Part shown: positions 38,470 to 49,691 of the stretch, in pieces
How positions within the stretch are numbered: the stretch's first letter is position 1
How the letters are laid out: every line of letters begins with the position of its first letter
Assembly (NCBI RefSeq): GCF_904830955.1
Contig: NZ_LR882970.1
Reading direction: 5' to 3' (one strand)
Origin: Planktothrix tepida
GTDB lineage: Bacteria; Cyanobacteriota; Cyanobacteriia; Cyanobacteriales; Microcoleaceae
Length of the DNA: 64,000 bases
Translations under genes and position numbers: made by a program
The notes under the pieces: generated by a model
What the model was told of the DNA's origin: nothing
The model's input: the letters and a program-made list of their open reading frames with translations, nothing else
The model's database searches: none

Positions 38470-41400
38470 ATGACAAGTGCAGCAATTAATACTGTTAGGG
38501 CCAGAGTTATTAATACAGAGGAAACCCTGTTAATTTTTCCGACAGAACTTCCGGGTATCTTTCAAAGCTTCACCGGGTTAGTTGGAGAAACGTTACCTGG
38601 TGCCAATGGTGATGTAATTTTCGTCCCTCAAAATCCCCCAGCACCCACCCCAACAACATCTCCCACCCCCACAACATCTCCCACCCCCACAACACCTCCT
38701 ACAACATCCCCCACCACACCCCCCACCACATCCCCCACCACACCCCCTACACCTACACCTTCTGGAAGTGGCGGGACAAATCCGGCTCCGATTGCTAATA
38801 ATGACTTTTTTCAGACGAACTTTGAACAAGCAACTTTTTTTAATGTTCTGGAAAATGATTCTATTCCCGGAGGAAGTGGAACCAGTATCAGTATTGCTCA
38901 ATTTAGCTCAACTTCTAATGGAACTTTAGTGTTTAATGGGGCTGGAATTTTTACTTATACTCCTGACCCGAATTTTTTTGGAGTCGATAGTTTTAGTTAT
39001 ACGATTGAACAAGGAACCGCCCCAGCCCAAGTTTTTATTCAAGTGTTAGCGGGGAATCGCCCGATTATTATTGAAGGAATTGGTAAAGGAACAGAAACCA
39101 GCGATTATATTACAGGTTCCTCTGGAAATGATGTGATCAACGGTTTAGGTGGAGACGATACCATCTTTGGTTTAGCGGGAAATGATGAACTTCGAGGGGA
39201 TGAAGGCAATGATACCCTCTACGGTAATGAAGGAAATGATAGCCTCACCGGAGGAGAAGGTAACGACGAACTCAATGGCGGCAAGGATAATGATTTTCTC
39301 GATGGTAGTGAAGGAGATGATACTGGATTAGGACAACTCGGAAACGATACCGTCATTGGGAATTTGGGAAATGATAGCCTTTATGGAGGTCAAGGAGGCG
39401 ATAGTGTTAGAGGTGGAGAAGGCAATGATCTTGTCTATGGAGATAAAGGTAGTGATGTCCTCTGGGGGGATGCTGGAAATGATACGGTAACAGGCGGAGA
39501 CGAAGCAGACTTGTTGTTTGGAAATGACGGTGCTGATAGTCTCCAAGGAAATCAAGGCAACGATACAATATTTGGTGGCGTTGGTAACGATACTGCCTTC
39601 GGAGGCGAAGGAGATGATCAAATTTCGGGTGAAACTGGAGATGATTTTCTCTGGGGTGGTAAAGGCATTGATACCCTCACAGGTGGCTCAGGAAATGATA
39701 CCTTCGTGATGACTCCCGAAAGTGGAGGAGGGAATTTAGAAGACGCTCAAATTGTGAATGATTTTGAATTGGGCGATCGCATTGGTTTAGCTGGGGGTTT
39801 ACAATTTAGTGACTTATCGATTACCCAAAGTGCTGAAAATGCCGGGAATACGATTATTAGAAACGGCAGTGCAGGAGATTATATTGCCGTTCTCATTGGG
39901 GTAAATAGCACCACCATCAACGCGGATAGTTTTACTCCCATTTCCGGTACGATTATTCCGATTCCAACTCCATCTCCAACAACACCACCGACTCCAACAA
40001 CACCACCGACTCCAACAACACCACCCACACCAACAACACCACCGACTCCAACAACACCACCGACTCCAACAACACCACCCACACCAACAACATCTCCCAC
40101 CCCAACAACACCACCAACTCCAACAACTCCCACACCAACGACTCCACCGACGCCAACCACTCCCCCGTTACAACCCCCCATTGCTCAAAATGACACCGTA
40201 AAACGAACTCCCGATGGTTCTGTCACCTTTAACGTGTTAGTAAATGACACCGACCCCCAAGGAAGTCAACTCACGTTAGTCAGTACCGGGACAGTTGCCA
40301 ATGGTAGTGTAGCGATTACCTCTGGAGGAAATATTACGTTCACCCCTATTCCAGGTTTTACAGGGCCATCAACCTTTCCCTATACCATTCAAAACAGTTA
40401 TGGCTTAACGTCCACGGCTCAAGTCTTAATCACTGTTAATGTTCCCCCGACATTATTAGTGAATAATGGGATTATTATTGCGCTTAATGATGTGGAAAAT
40501 CTTACTGCTGGAAATCTTTTGGCAGTAGACCCTGATAATCCCCCGAATGAAATTTTTTACCAAATTACTCAAGAACCCAGCTTAGGGAATTTACAAGCCA
40601 TCGGGTCTACACCTCAAGTTATTAATGTGGGAGAGAGGTTTACTCAAGAAAATATTAACAACGGTTCCATTGAATATAATTCTCGAAATCTATCAGGAGA
40701 AGACGACTTTCTTTTCGTTCTCACTGATAACATTGGGACGACAACCCAGAATGCCTTTAGTATCACCATTGTTGATGATATTATTTCCGGTACGGACGGC
40801 GATGATTTCATTACAGGTAGTGGTTTAAGTGAAAATATCAGAGGATTTGCTGGAAATGATACCCTCTTAGGACTAGGCAACCGAGATGTTTTACAAGGAG
40901 GAAGCGGACGAGATTCTCTCGATGGGGGAGAAGGAAATGATGTTGTGCAAGGAGATGAAGAAGACGATATTCTCCTGGGTCAAATTGGGAATGATTCTCT
41001 ATTTGGAGGTCAAGGAAATGACTCTCTGGATGGAGGTGCAGGTCGCAATACCTTGTTAGGAGAAGATGGGAATGACACCTTAGTTGCTGGAGATGATAGT
41101 AATTTACTCTCCGGTGGGAATAATGATGATATTCTCATTAGTGGTATTGGGAACGATACCCTTTTAGGGGGCAGTGGAAATGATTCCCTCACTGGAAATG
41201 CTGGAGATGATTCTCTGTATGGAGAAGAAGGACAAGACCTAATTTTTGCCGGAGTGGGTCGAGACTTAGTTCTCGGGGGTGCAGATAACGATACTATTGA
41301 TGCCGGAGAGAATAACGACACCATTTTTGCTGGTGATGGCAATGATTCTATCACCGGTGGAGATGGAGACGATACTATTAGTAGTGGTTCAGGGGCAGAT

Positions 41401-42105
41401 AGCGTTTCAGCAGGAACGGGAGATGATTCCATCTTTGGTGAAGCTGGAAATGACTCGATTTTGGGTGATTTTGGAGAAGATACTATCTATGCTGGAGATG
41501 GCTTAGATAGTTTGTTTGGGGGAATTGGTAATGACGTCATCTTTGGGGATGGTGGCAATGACACAATCTTTGGTGGTGAAGATGATGATACCTTAGCTGG
41601 AGGCTCCGGGGCTGATAGTTTAATTGGGAATGTGGGTAATAATTCTTACTACTATTTAGCTCCCGCAGAAGGCGTTGATGTGATCACAGAATTTAATGTT
41701 AATGGCGATGATCGATTCCTGTTTAGTTCTCTTGGTTTCCCCGGTTTTACCACCGCAGAAGGAACCGTTGTTCCTCTACAAGGAATAATCGTTTCTAATC
41801 TGGGTTCTACAGGGGATGATATTAGTAATAAACAAGTGATCATTTTCCAAGATACCTTTGATAATGTTCAAGCGGTCAATGCAGCTTTGAAAAATCAAAA
41901 AGGTTCCAGTGATACTGCCGCTTTCTTTGTCTATCGCAATAACTTGTCTTATGCCGCTTTCCCGGGTGCTTATGTGATGGGCTATGATCCAAATTTAAGT
42001 GATGATAGTCTCCCGGCTTTTGATTTAGGAATTTTACCGTCTATTGATCCAGCAACCAGCAATATTAGTACCTTAATTACGCCTAGTGATTTTGTCATTA
42101 TCTAG
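38470..42105 (+). CDS. Giant secreted RTX-type protein (1211 aa): N-terminal conserved domain, Pro/Thr-rich linkers, hemolysin-type Ca-binding nonapeptide repeat blocks, cadherin-like beta domains
   Basis: Dozens of GGxGNDxLxG nonapeptides. PTPTTPPT linkers occur at aa about 60-95 and about 500-560. Motifs of the form ANDTDP..D.LT...V.....G.V resemble cadherin-like domains. No N-terminal signal peptide, which suggests a T1SS substrate. Confidence 0.8.
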   Translation: MTSAAINTVRARVINTEETLLIFPTELPGIFQSFTGLVGETLPGANGDVIFVPQNPPAPTPTTSPTPTTSPTPTTPPTTSPTTPPTTSPTTPPTPTPSGSGGTNPAPIANNDFFQTNFEQATFFNVLENDSIPGGSGTSISIAQFSSTSNGTLVFNGAGIFTYTPDPNFFGVDSFSYTIEQGTAPAQVFIQVLAGNRPIIIEGIGKGTETSDYITGSSGNDVINGLGGDDTIFGLAGNDELRGDEGNDTLYGNEGNDSLTGGEGNDELNGGKDNDFLDGSEGDDTGLGQLGNDTVIGNLGNDSLYGGQGGDSVRGGEGNDLVYGDKGSDVLWGDAGNDTVTGGDEADLLFGNDGADSLQGNQGNDTIFGGVGNDTAFGGEGDDQISGETGDDFLWGGKGIDTLTGGSGNDTFVMTPESGGGNLEDAQIVNDFELGDRIGLAGGLQFSDLSITQSAENAGNTIIRNGSAGDYIAVLIGVNSTTINADSFTPISGTIIPIPTPSPTTPPTPTTPPTPTTPPTPTTPPTPTTPPTPTTPPTPTTSPTPTTPPTPTTPTPTTPPTPTTPPLQPPIAQNDTVKRTPDGSVTFNVLVNDTDPQGSQLTLVSTGTVANGSVAITSGGNITFTPIPGFTGPSTFPYTIQNSYGLTSTAQVLITVNVPPTLLVNNGIIIALNDVENLTAGNLLAVDPDNPPNEIFYQITQEPSLGNLQAIGSTPQVINVGERFTQENINNGSIEYNSRNLSGEDDFLFVLTDNIGTTTQNAFSITIVDDIISGTDGDDFITGSGLSENIRGFAGNDTLLGLGNRDVLQGGSGRDSLDGGEGNDVVQGDEEDDILLGQIGNDSLFGGQGNDSLDGGAGRNTLLGEDGNDTLVAGDDSNLLSGGNNDDILISGIGNDTLLGGSGNDSLTGNAGDDSLYGEEGQDLIFAGVGRDLVLGGADNDTIDAGENNDTIFAGDGNDSITGGDGDDTISSGSGADSVSAGTGDDSIFGEAGNDSILGDFGEDTIYAGDGLDSLFGGIGNDVIFGDGGNDTIFGGEDDDTLAGGSGADSLIGNVGNNSYYYLAPAEGVDVITEFNVNGDDRFLFSSLGFPGFTTAEGTVVPLQGIIVSNLGSTGDDISNKQVIIFQDTFDNVQAVNAALKNQKGSSDTAAFFVYRNNLSYAAFPGAYVMGYDPNLSDDSLPAFDLGILPSIDPATSNISTLITPSDFVII

Positions 42106-42206
42106 TTGACAGTTGACGATTAACTATTGGTACAAATAGCTGGTAAGGGCAGGTTCTCTTAGATCTTTGTGAATAATCACTCATCTGGATGAACCTGTCC
42201 CTACGA

Positions 42207-42248
42207 CTAATTACTGATTACTAATTACTGATTACTAATTACTTAATC
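42207..42248. repeat. Alternating heptamer tandem repeat (TTACTGA/TTACTAA x about 5) immediately upstream of the second RTX gene
   Basis: The sequence reads ctaattactgattactaattactgattactaattacttaat directly. Confidence 0.85.
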
Positions 42249-42250
42249 TT

Positions 42251-45200
42251 ATGACAAGTTCTGCTATCAATACAACTCCTGCTACTTTAGCCTTAAGAAT
42301 TTCTCCGAGTAATGGTTTGTACAATACAGGAAATGGAATCTTAATTTTTCCGACCACAGAATTTTCGGGTAAATTTGAAACATTCCCTGGAAATATTCAA
42401 AATTTAGTCCCCCTTTCTAGTGGCATCGGAACAACTTTACCTGGGGCTGCTGGGGGAGTGCTTTTTGTACCGGATGAACCGATTTTAGAAGCGATATCAA
42501 TTGAAACGAATACACCTGTTTATTTAGCCAAAACAGCAGATGGTCAATATCAAACTTTAGAGGGTCAAACAACAGGAGAGATTCAAGCAGGGCCAGCCGG
42601 AAGTACAATTTTTGTTCCCGATGGATATACCCCTGCAACCCCTAGCCCTACAGCAACTCCCAGTCCAACTGCAACTCCTAGCCCTACAGCCACACCCAGT
42701 CCCATAGCCACACCCAGTCCCACAGCCACACCCAGTCCCACAGCCACACCCAGTCCCACAGCCACCCCTAGTCCTAGCCCCAGCGAGTCCCAACCCATTC
42801 GGATTCAAGGTGCGGGCACAGGTACAGAAGGTGATGATACGATTCTGGGAAGTAATCAAAATGATACGATTTCTGGCTTAGACGGAAATGACAGTATCTT
42901 TGGTTTAGGAGGAAATGACCTTCTACAAGGAGATGCAGGACAAGATCAAATTAATGGTAATGAAGGAAATGATGCCATTGTCGGAGGCGCTGATGATGAC
43001 TGTTTGCGTGGAGGTCAAGGGGATGATTTGATCTTCGGTGATGCCGGGAGTGATCTGGCTTTCGGTGATCGAGATAATGATACCTTGAATGGCGGAACCG
43101 AGGCAGATAGTTTATATGGTGGCCAAGGCAATGATAGTATCCGAGGGGGAGGCGAAGATGACCTCCTCTATGGGGATAAAGGTAATGATACGCTATCGGG
43201 TGAAGTGGGTAATGATAGCGTTAACGGAGGAGATGGAGACGATATTTTATCAGGAAATTCTGGTCAGGATTTCTTGAGTGGCGGTGCGGGAGATGATCAA
43301 CTCTTTGGTGGCGGAGATGACGATAGTTTAGTCGGAGGTCAAGGGGCGGATATCCTCTACGGAGATTTAGGAAATGATACTGTCTCTGGCGGTGATGATA
43401 ACGATCAACTGTTTGGAAATGCCGGAGATGATGTTCTCAATGGAGATAATGGAGCGGATAGTTTATATGGAGGTGCGGGGGAAGATATTCTCAATGGCGG
43501 TAAAGGTCGAGATTTCCTCTCCGGTGATGGGGGGAATGATTTATTAGCAGGGGGAGCCGGAGTAGACACCCTGACTGGAGGTGCGGGAGATGATATTTTT
43601 GTTTTGGGTTATGTTATTACTCAAGCTCCCAATGGGGGCAGCTTTATTACAGGAACTACAGGCGGAACCAGTATTGAATTAGCAGATATTATTACAGATT
43701 TTACCACAACTGATCAGCTTGGGTTATCGGGAGGATTAACATTCCAAGATCTCGAAATTTCCCAAGGTCAAGCCTCCAATGCCAGTAATACAATTATCAA
43801 AGATAAAAATACGGGTGAATTTTTAGCGGTTTTACAAGGGGTTAATGCGACTACCTTAAGCGAATCTAACTTTGTTCTTGACCCCACTGTCCCTCTTCCT
43901 CCCACAACTCCCCCAACCCCAACCCCAACAACCCCACCGACCCCAACCCCAACAACCTCACCGACCCCAACCCCAACAACCCCACCGACCCCAACCCCAA
44001 CAACCTCACCGACCCCAACCCCAACAACCCCACCGACCCCAACCCCAACAACCCCACCCCACCCCACCCCAACAACCCCACCGACCCCAACCCCAACCAC
44101 TCCACCGACCACGACCCCAACCACTCCACCCATACCAACTCCCTCTCAACCCACACCTCCTCCGGTTGAACCCCCAACTCCAGCCGTTTTGCAGGCTGAA
44201 AATGATACGGTATCGGGTTTACAAAATAGTTTATTGGAGATTCCCTCTAATACAATCACCAGTAATGACACAGGGGTTGGACTGCTGACGGTGACAGAAG
44301 TTACTCAACCGTCTAATGGGACAGCAGTTTTAAATCGGGATAGTAGAATGATTACTTATACTCCTGATAAAAATTTTTCTGGTTTAGATACATTTGATTA
44401 TCAAATCCGAGATGATAATGGAGCAACGGGAACGGCTACTATTACCGTTGAAGTTATATCTATTAATGAGCCTCCAATTTTAGATCTTAATAGTTCCCAA
44501 CCGGGCAATAATTACAGCACTGTTTTTGTGGAAGGGACAACTCCGGTCGCAATTACTGGAAGTGTGAGTATTCTTGATGCAGATGATTCAGATTTGACTT
44601 CAGCAACGATTACTTTAATTAATAGTCCCAATGGTGACGTAGAAGGTTTGTCAATACAAGGAGCCTTACCTTCAGGGATTACAGCAGGAGCTTATGATCC
44701 GACAACAGGAATTATTCTCCTAACCGGAACAGCACCCATTTCTAGCTATGAAATTGCACTGTCTCAAGTTGTTTATAGTAATACTTCCCAAAATCCTGAT
44801 CCTGAAAATCGAATCATTGATGTAGTCGTTACGGATCATGAAAATGATAGTAATATTGCAATTAGCACAGTTACTATTGATGCGGTTAATAATCCTCCCG
44901 TTAATACGGTTCCAGGAACACAATTAACAAATGGTAGTCAACCGATTGTATTTAGTCAAGCTAATAATAATCAAATTTTGATTAGTGACCCGGATGCTGA
45001 TGGAAACCCGATTCAAGTTACCTTAACAGCTAGTACGGGAACTTTAACCTTGGGTGCAACACCGGCTAATGTGGAAATTTCTGGCGATGGAACAACAACA
45101 GTAACCTTAGTAGGTCGTCTGGAAAATATTAATACGGCTCTTAATGGTTTAACGTTCGCACCTCCTGCATCCTTGAATACCTCGGCAACTCTCCAAATTG

Positions 45201-48200
45201 TGACAACGGATAACGGAAATACAGGTAGTGGTGGCCCCCAAACAGCTTCTAGTACGATTAATATTAATCAGCCGAATCAGCCACCGAATGCGGTGAATGA
45301 TAGTGTGGTGGGGACGCAAAATCAACTCTTAACAATATCCTCTTCCACTCTCTTAGCAAATGATACCGATCCGAATAATGATCCGTTAACGATTACTCAA
45401 GTTAGTAATCCCACAAATGGAACTGTTACCCTCAGTAATGGAAATGTTCTGTTTACCCCAGTCAATAACTATACAGGGCCGGCTAGTTTCTTGTATACCA
45501 TTAGTGATGGTCAGGGCGGAACCAGTAGCGCGACGGTTAATATTAATATTAATCAGCCGAATCAGCCACCGAATGCGGTGAATGATAGTGTGGTGGGGAC
45601 GCAAAATCAACTCTTAACAATATCCTCTTCCACTCTCTTAGCAAATGATACCGATCCGAATAATGATCCGTTAACGATTACTCAAGTTAGTAATCCCACA
45701 AATGGAACTGTTACCCTCAGTAATGGAAATGTTCTGTTTACCCCAGTCAATAACTATACAGGGCCGGCTAGTTTCTTGTATACCATTAGTGATGGTCAGG
45801 GCGGAACCAGTAGCGCGACGGTTAATATTAATATTAATCAGCCGAATCAGCCACCGAATGCGGTGAATGATAGTGTGGTGGGGACGCAAAATCAACTCTT
45901 AACAATATCCTCTTCCACTCTCTTAGCAAATGATACCGATCCGAATAATGATCCGTTAACGATTACTCAAGTTAGTAATCCCACAAATGGAACTGTTACC
46001 CTCAGTAATGGAAATGTTCTGTTTACCCCAGTCAATAACTATACAGGGCCGGCTAGTTTCTTGTATACCATTAGTGATGGTCAGGGCGGAACCAGTAGCG
46101 CGACGGTTAATATTAATATTAATCAGCCGAATCAGCCACCGAATGCGGTGAATGATAGTGTGGTGGGAACGCAAAATCAACTCTTAACAATATCCTCTTC
46201 CACTCTCTTAGCAAATGATACCGATCCGAATAATGATCCGTTAACCATTACACAAGTTAGTAATCCCACAAATGGGACGGTTACCCTCAGTAATGGAAAT
46301 GTTCTGTTTACCCCAGTCAATAACTATACAGGGCCGGCTAGTTTCTTGTATACCATTAGTGATGGTCAGGGTGGAACCAGTAGCGCGACGGTTAACATTA
46401 CTGTTAATCCCAATCAACCCCCAACCCTAGACTTAAATGGTAGCCAAGCGGGAAATAATACCCAAGTAGCCTTTCAACAAGGACAACCTGCTGTTGCGAT
46501 CGCGAGTGGGAGTAGTATTGTAATTACGGATGCAGACAATACCACCATCCAGTCCGCCACAATTACTGTAACAAATCCACTCAATGGCGGTGGGGAAAGT
46601 TTATCAGCTAATGGTTCGTTACCTTCGGGGATTACCGCCAGTAGTTATAACAGCACCACCGGAATTTTAACCTTAACGGGGAATGCCTCACTAGCGGCTT
46701 ATCAAACCGCCATTGGACAAGTTGTTTATAACAATACAGCTAATCCTCCCAATACCACCACCCGCCTAGTACAGGTTCAGGTGAATGATGGAACGAGCAA
46801 TAGTAATACAGCGGCAAGTACCATTACGGTGATTGCTTTAAATCAGCCTCCTGTTGCTGTTACCGATGGCCCAATTTTTACTAACAATAGCATCCAATTC
46901 CCGATTTCTCCCTTAGCCAATGACACTGACCCCGATGGAGATGCTCTAACGTTAACTTCTGTGGATAATCCTCCCACCGCCCAAGGGTTAGTGACTCAAG
47001 CGGGGTCATTAGTTCAGTATACTCGCCTGGGAAGTAATACCGGGGTGGATAGTTTCAACTACAGTATTAGTGATGGTCAAGGGGGGACGGCGACGGGTCA
47101 GATTAATGTTGAATTGTTACCCTTAGCGGATGGGACTCCGAACTTAGTAACGGGAGGCAATTTTGGCGATAACCTCAATGGTTTGGGGGGAAATGACACC
47201 CTAACCGGTTTGGGGGGGAATGACACCCTGCGAGGAAATGACGGAAATGATAGTTTATCCGGTGGAAGCGGAACAGATCTGTTACAGGGAGGAATTGGAG
47301 AGGATACCCTGAATGGCGGTTTAACACCGGATACGATGACCGGAAATGAGGGAATTGACCAATTTCGTTATGAAACTGCTAATGATGGCGGTGGGTCGGG
47401 TTTTAATGCAAGTTCTAATACCGAGATTAAAGCTCAAATTGGAAGTGCTTTATATGATACTATCACCGATTTTGAAGGATTAGGGGCTGCGGTCGGAGAT
47501 CAGATTAATTTTGCCACAACGGTGATTCAATCCTTTGCAAATATTGCCACAACGGTACAAACCAATATTACTGGAGATGTGATTCCGGGTACAAGTCCAG
47601 GTCTATTTGCCTTTAATGATGGCAGTAGCACTTACCTAATTTATGATGGTAATGGTGATAATACAACGGGTAATGATTCTCGAATTTTGGCAAAATTAGA
47701 CAACGTTAATGGTGTGACAACCCTTAATGTTAATGACTTTGCTGGAATTGCTGGCTTAAATCTTCCTCCAGTAGTTCAAGGGAATACGACCGTTAATATT
47801 ACTGAAGATATAACTCAAAATTTGGGAATTTCATCCCCAGTTGATCCCAATAATGACCCGTTAATTATTACTGTTAATAGTATTCCTGATAGCACTAAAG
47901 GAATCGTCCGTATTACGGGTCAAACTAACTCTATTATTATTGGTCAAACGTTAACGAGTGCTGAAATTAGCCAATTAGAATTTGTACCAAAAGCTAATGT
48001 TAATGGTTCAGCCGGGGTGTTTTTATATACCGTGAGTGACGGTGAAAATCCTGCGGTCAGTCAAACCGTTACGATTAATATTACGGCCGTTAATGATTTA
48101 CCTGTTGCGGTTAATGATGGCCCAATTTTCACCAATAATAGTATCCAATTCCCCATTTCTCCCCTGGATAACGATACTGACCCCGATGGAGATGTTCTAA

Positions 48201-49003
48201 CGTTAACTTCTGTGGATAATCCCCCTACAGCACAAGGGTTAGTGACTCAATCGGGGTCATTAGTTCAGTATACTCGTCTGGGAAATGCTACCGGGGTGGA
48301 TAGTTTCAACTACACTATTAGTGACGGTCAAGGCGGAACAGCCACTGCTAATATTACGATTAACCTGTTACCTGTTGCTGATAATAACCCTAACTTAGTA
48401 ACGGGAGGCAGTTTTAGCGATAACCTCAATGGTTTGGGGGGAAATGATACCCTCGTCGGTCTGGAGGGGAATGACACCCTGCGGGGAAATGATGGTAATG
48501 ATAGTTTATCGGGGGGAAGTGGCAACGACCTTCTCGATGGAGGTGCAGGACAAGATAAGCTGTTTGGGGGTTTAGGACGGGATAGCCTCATTGGTAACTT
48601 AGGGGAAACAGACCTATTTATTTATAGTGATGCACTTGATGGAGGCGGTACTGCTTTTAATGCGGTGGGAACTACAATTACGACTCAAATTGGCAGTGGT
48701 TTCTATGATTCCATTAACAATTTTGAAGGTTTGGGTCAAGTGGGGGGTGATCAAATTAGCGTATCAACCAGTTTAATTGCAGATGCAGCTAATATTCTCC
48801 TCAGTGTACAAACGAATCTTTCAACCGATGTCTTGCCTACAAATAACCCTAGTCTATTTGCCTTTGATAATGGTAAGGATACTTACTTAATCTATGATGG
48901 CAATGGGAATAACACATCAGGAAATGATTCTCGAATTCTAGCTAAATTAGAGGGAATTACAGGCGTAACATCCTTGAATTCCGATGATATTATTCTGTTT
49001 TAG
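42251..49003 (+). CDS. Giant secreted RTX/cadherin-like protein (2250 aa), paralog of 38470..42105, with 4 identical tandem 95-aa domains and a duplicated C-terminal module
   Basis: Same N-terminal domain (MTS...ILIFPT...LPGAAGGVLFVPDEP), PT linkers, RTX nonapeptide blocks, and cadherin-like ANDTDPNNDPLTITQV domains. The C-terminal ...SRILAKL...GVT.LN..D... motif is shared with the first protein. Confidence 0.8.
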   Translation: MTSSAINTTPATLALRISPSNGLYNTGNGILIFPTTEFSGKFETFPGNIQNLVPLSSGIGTTLPGAAGGVLFVPDEPILEAISIETNTPVYLAKTADGQYQTLEGQTTGEIQAGPAGSTIFVPDGYTPATPSPTATPSPTATPSPTATPSPIATPSPTATPSPTATPSPTATPSPSPSESQPIRIQGAGTGTEGDDTILGSNQNDTISGLDGNDSIFGLGGNDLLQGDAGQDQINGNEGNDAIVGGADDDCLRGGQGDDLIFGDAGSDLAFGDRDNDTLNGGTEADSLYGGQGNDSIRGGGEDDLLYGDKGNDTLSGEVGNDSVNGGDGDDILSGNSGQDFLSGGAGDDQLFGGGDDDSLVGGQGADILYGDLGNDTVSGGDDNDQLFGNAGDDVLNGDNGADSLYGGAGEDILNGGKGRDFLSGDGGNDLLAGGAGVDTLTGGAGDDIFVLGYVITQAPNGGSFITGTTGGTSIELADIITDFTTTDQLGLSGGLTFQDLEISQGQASNASNTIIKDKNTGEFLAVLQGVNATTLSESNFVLDPTVPLPPTTPPTPTPTTPPTPTPTTSPTPTPTTPPTPTPTTSPTPTPTTPPTPTPTTPPHPTPTTPPTPTPTTPPTTTPTTPPIPTPSQPTPPPVEPPTPAVLQAENDTVSGLQNSLLEIPSNTITSNDTGVGLLTVTEVTQPSNGTAVLNRDSRMITYTPDKNFSGLDTFDYQIRDDNGATGTATITVEVISINEPPILDLNSSQPGNNYSTVFVEGTTPVAITGSVSILDADDSDLTSATITLINSPNGDVEGLSIQGALPSGITAGAYDPTTGIILLTGTAPISSYEIALSQVVYSNTSQNPDPENRIIDVVVTDHENDSNIAISTVTIDAVNNPPVNTVPGTQLTNGSQPIVFSQANNNQILISDPDADGNPIQVTLTASTGTLTLGATPANVEISGDGTTTVTLVGRLENINTALNGLTFAPPASLNTSATLQIVTTDNGNTGSGGPQTASSTININQPNQPPNAVNDSVVGTQNQLLTISSSTLLANDTDPNNDPLTITQVSNPTNGTVTLSNGNVLFTPVNNYTGPASFLYTISDGQGGTSSATVNININQPNQPPNAVNDSVVGTQNQLLTISSSTLLANDTDPNNDPLTITQVSNPTNGTVTLSNGNVLFTPVNNYTGPASFLYTISDGQGGTSSATVNININQPNQPPNAVNDSVVGTQNQLLTISSSTLLANDTDPNNDPLTITQVSNPTNGTVTLSNGNVLFTPVNNYTGPASFLYTISDGQGGTSSATVNININQPNQPPNAVNDSVVGTQNQLLTISSSTLLANDTDPNNDPLTITQVSNPTNGTVTLSNGNVLFTPVNNYTGPASFLYTISDGQGGTSSATVNITVNPNQPPTLDLNGSQAGNNTQVAFQQGQPAVAIASGSSIVITDADNTTIQSATITVTNPLNGGGESLSANGSLPSGITASSYNSTTGILTLTGNASLAAYQTAIGQVVYNNTANPPNTTTRLVQVQVNDGTSNSNTAASTITVIALNQPPVAVTDGPIFTNNSIQFPISPLANDTDPDGDALTLTSVDNPPTAQGLVTQAGSLVQYTRLGSNTGVDSFNYSISDGQGGTATGQINVELLPLADGTPNLVTGGNFGDNLNGLGGNDTLTGLGGNDTLRGNDGNDSLSGGSGTDLLQGGIGEDTLNGGLTPDTMTGNEGIDQFRYETANDGGGSGFNASSNTEIKAQIGSALYDTITDFEGLGAAVGDQINFATTVIQSFANIATTVQTNITGDVIPGTSPGLFAFNDGSSTYLIYDGNGDNTTGNDSRILAKLDNVNGVTTLNVNDFAGIAGLNLPPVVQGNTTVNITEDITQNLGISSPVDPNNDPLIITVNSIPDSTKGIVRITGQTNSIIIGQTLTSAEISQLEFVPKANVNGSAGVFLYTVSDGENPAVSQTVTINITAVNDLPVAVNDGPIFTNNSIQFPISPLDNDTDPDGDVLTLTSVDNPPTAQGLVTQSGSLVQYTRLGNATGVDSFNYTISDGQGGTATANITINLLPVADNNPNLVTGGSFSDNLNGLGGNDTLVGLEGNDTLRGNDGNDSLSGGSGNDLLDGGAGQDKLFGGLGRDSLIGNLGETDLFIYSDALDGGGTAFNAVGTTITTQIGSGFYDSINNFEGLGQVGGDQISVSTSLIADAANILLSVQTNLSTDVLPTNNPSLFAFDNGKDTYLIYDGNGNNTSGNDSRILAKLEGITGVTSLNSDDIILF
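45266..46405. repeat. 4 x 285-bp near-identical in-frame tandem repeats (95-aa cadherin-like domain units)
   Basis: Unit starts fall at 45266, 45551, 45836 and 46121. Copies 1-3 are identical by eye. Copy 4 has about 5 substitutions. Shadow ORFs 45386..45610, 45671..45895 and 45956..46180 are identical. Confidence 0.9.
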
Positions 49004-49013
49004 TTAGACTTTT

Positions 49014-49032
49014 GGGCGGGTTTTTCCCGCCC
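49014..49032. terminator. GC-rich hairpin between convergent genes (possible bidirectional terminator)
   Basis: GGGCGGG-ttttt-CCCGCCC. The downstream U-tract is weak. Confidence 0.4.
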
Positions 49033-49082
49033 CGTTCTCACCCGAAGAAACCCAAAATAAAGACACTTGAAATTCAGTTAAT

Positions 49083-49691
49083 TTATTGTTTTTGAGAGGG
49101 TGTATCTAATTTTAACTGAATGGAATTGTCTTTTTGCAACTCCACAACATTTTCAGGGGGAGTTAAACAAGTTTTTAAAACTTGATCAACGCCTAAATTT
49201 GTATTAGCTTGAATCAAGCCCACAACACAAAAAGACAACTTTTCAGGTAATACACTCCGACGACAACTATCAAGAATATTCAAGGGGTCGGATGAGTTAG
49301 TATTGCTGCTAATATTGACCACACAATTGGCTAATTCATCGGGACGCCGAACTTGCAAACAACCTGATAAAATTTGTTCTACAGGTAGGGCGGCAACATT
49401 TTTTTGCATTTGTGTGACACAATACCCCATATTTCTCGGCCTAGCTGCCATTGAACAGCCTTGAGTTGCCAATTCAACGGACAGACCAGCGTTAGTTAAC
49501 TGTTGAGTACAGTTTCTATAGTCTTGTCGCCGAATTTGCACAAAAGACGGAAAAGCAGATGCCGGAGCAACGGGGACAAACAACGGAAATAAACTCACCG
49601 TTGCCACCACTGACAACCAACGCTGATTACGGGATAGGTGAGTCAGAAGTGCTTTTTTCAACCCAGAAGACATCACAATACAACGATTCAT
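49083..49691 (-). CDS. Secreted Cys-rich repeat protein of unknown function
   Basis: The signal-peptide-like N-terminus (LSVVATVSLFPLFVPVAPASA) follows a charged N-region. Four repeats follow with paired Cys (L..C........C). Confidence 0.5.
   Translation of the reverse strand: MNRCIVMSSGLKKALLTHLSRNQRWLSVVATVSLFPLFVPVAPASAFPSFVQIRRQDYRNCTQQLTNAGLSVELATQGCSMAARPRNMGYCVTQMQKNVAALPVEQILSGCLQVRRPDELANCVVNISSNTNSSDPLNILDSCRRSVLPEKLSFCVVGLIQANTNLGVDQVLKTCLTPPENVVELQKDNSIQLKLDTPSQKQ

Noticed and set aside
38593-44288. Minus-strand or alternate-frame ORFs with Gly/Val/Cys/Pro-rich translations (38593..38901, 39879..40181, 39953..40156, 42557..42859, 42583..42798, 43768..44133, 43866..44177, 43872..44288)
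   Set aside because: They lie entirely within the low-complexity PT-linker coding repeats of the giant RTX genes. Their repetitive translations are frame shadows, not genes.
45386-46180. Three identical 74-aa minus-strand ORFs (45386..45610, 45671..45895, 45956..46180)
   Set aside because: They are spaced exactly 285 bp apart, so they are antisense shadows of the 4x285-bp tandem repeat inside the RTX CDS.
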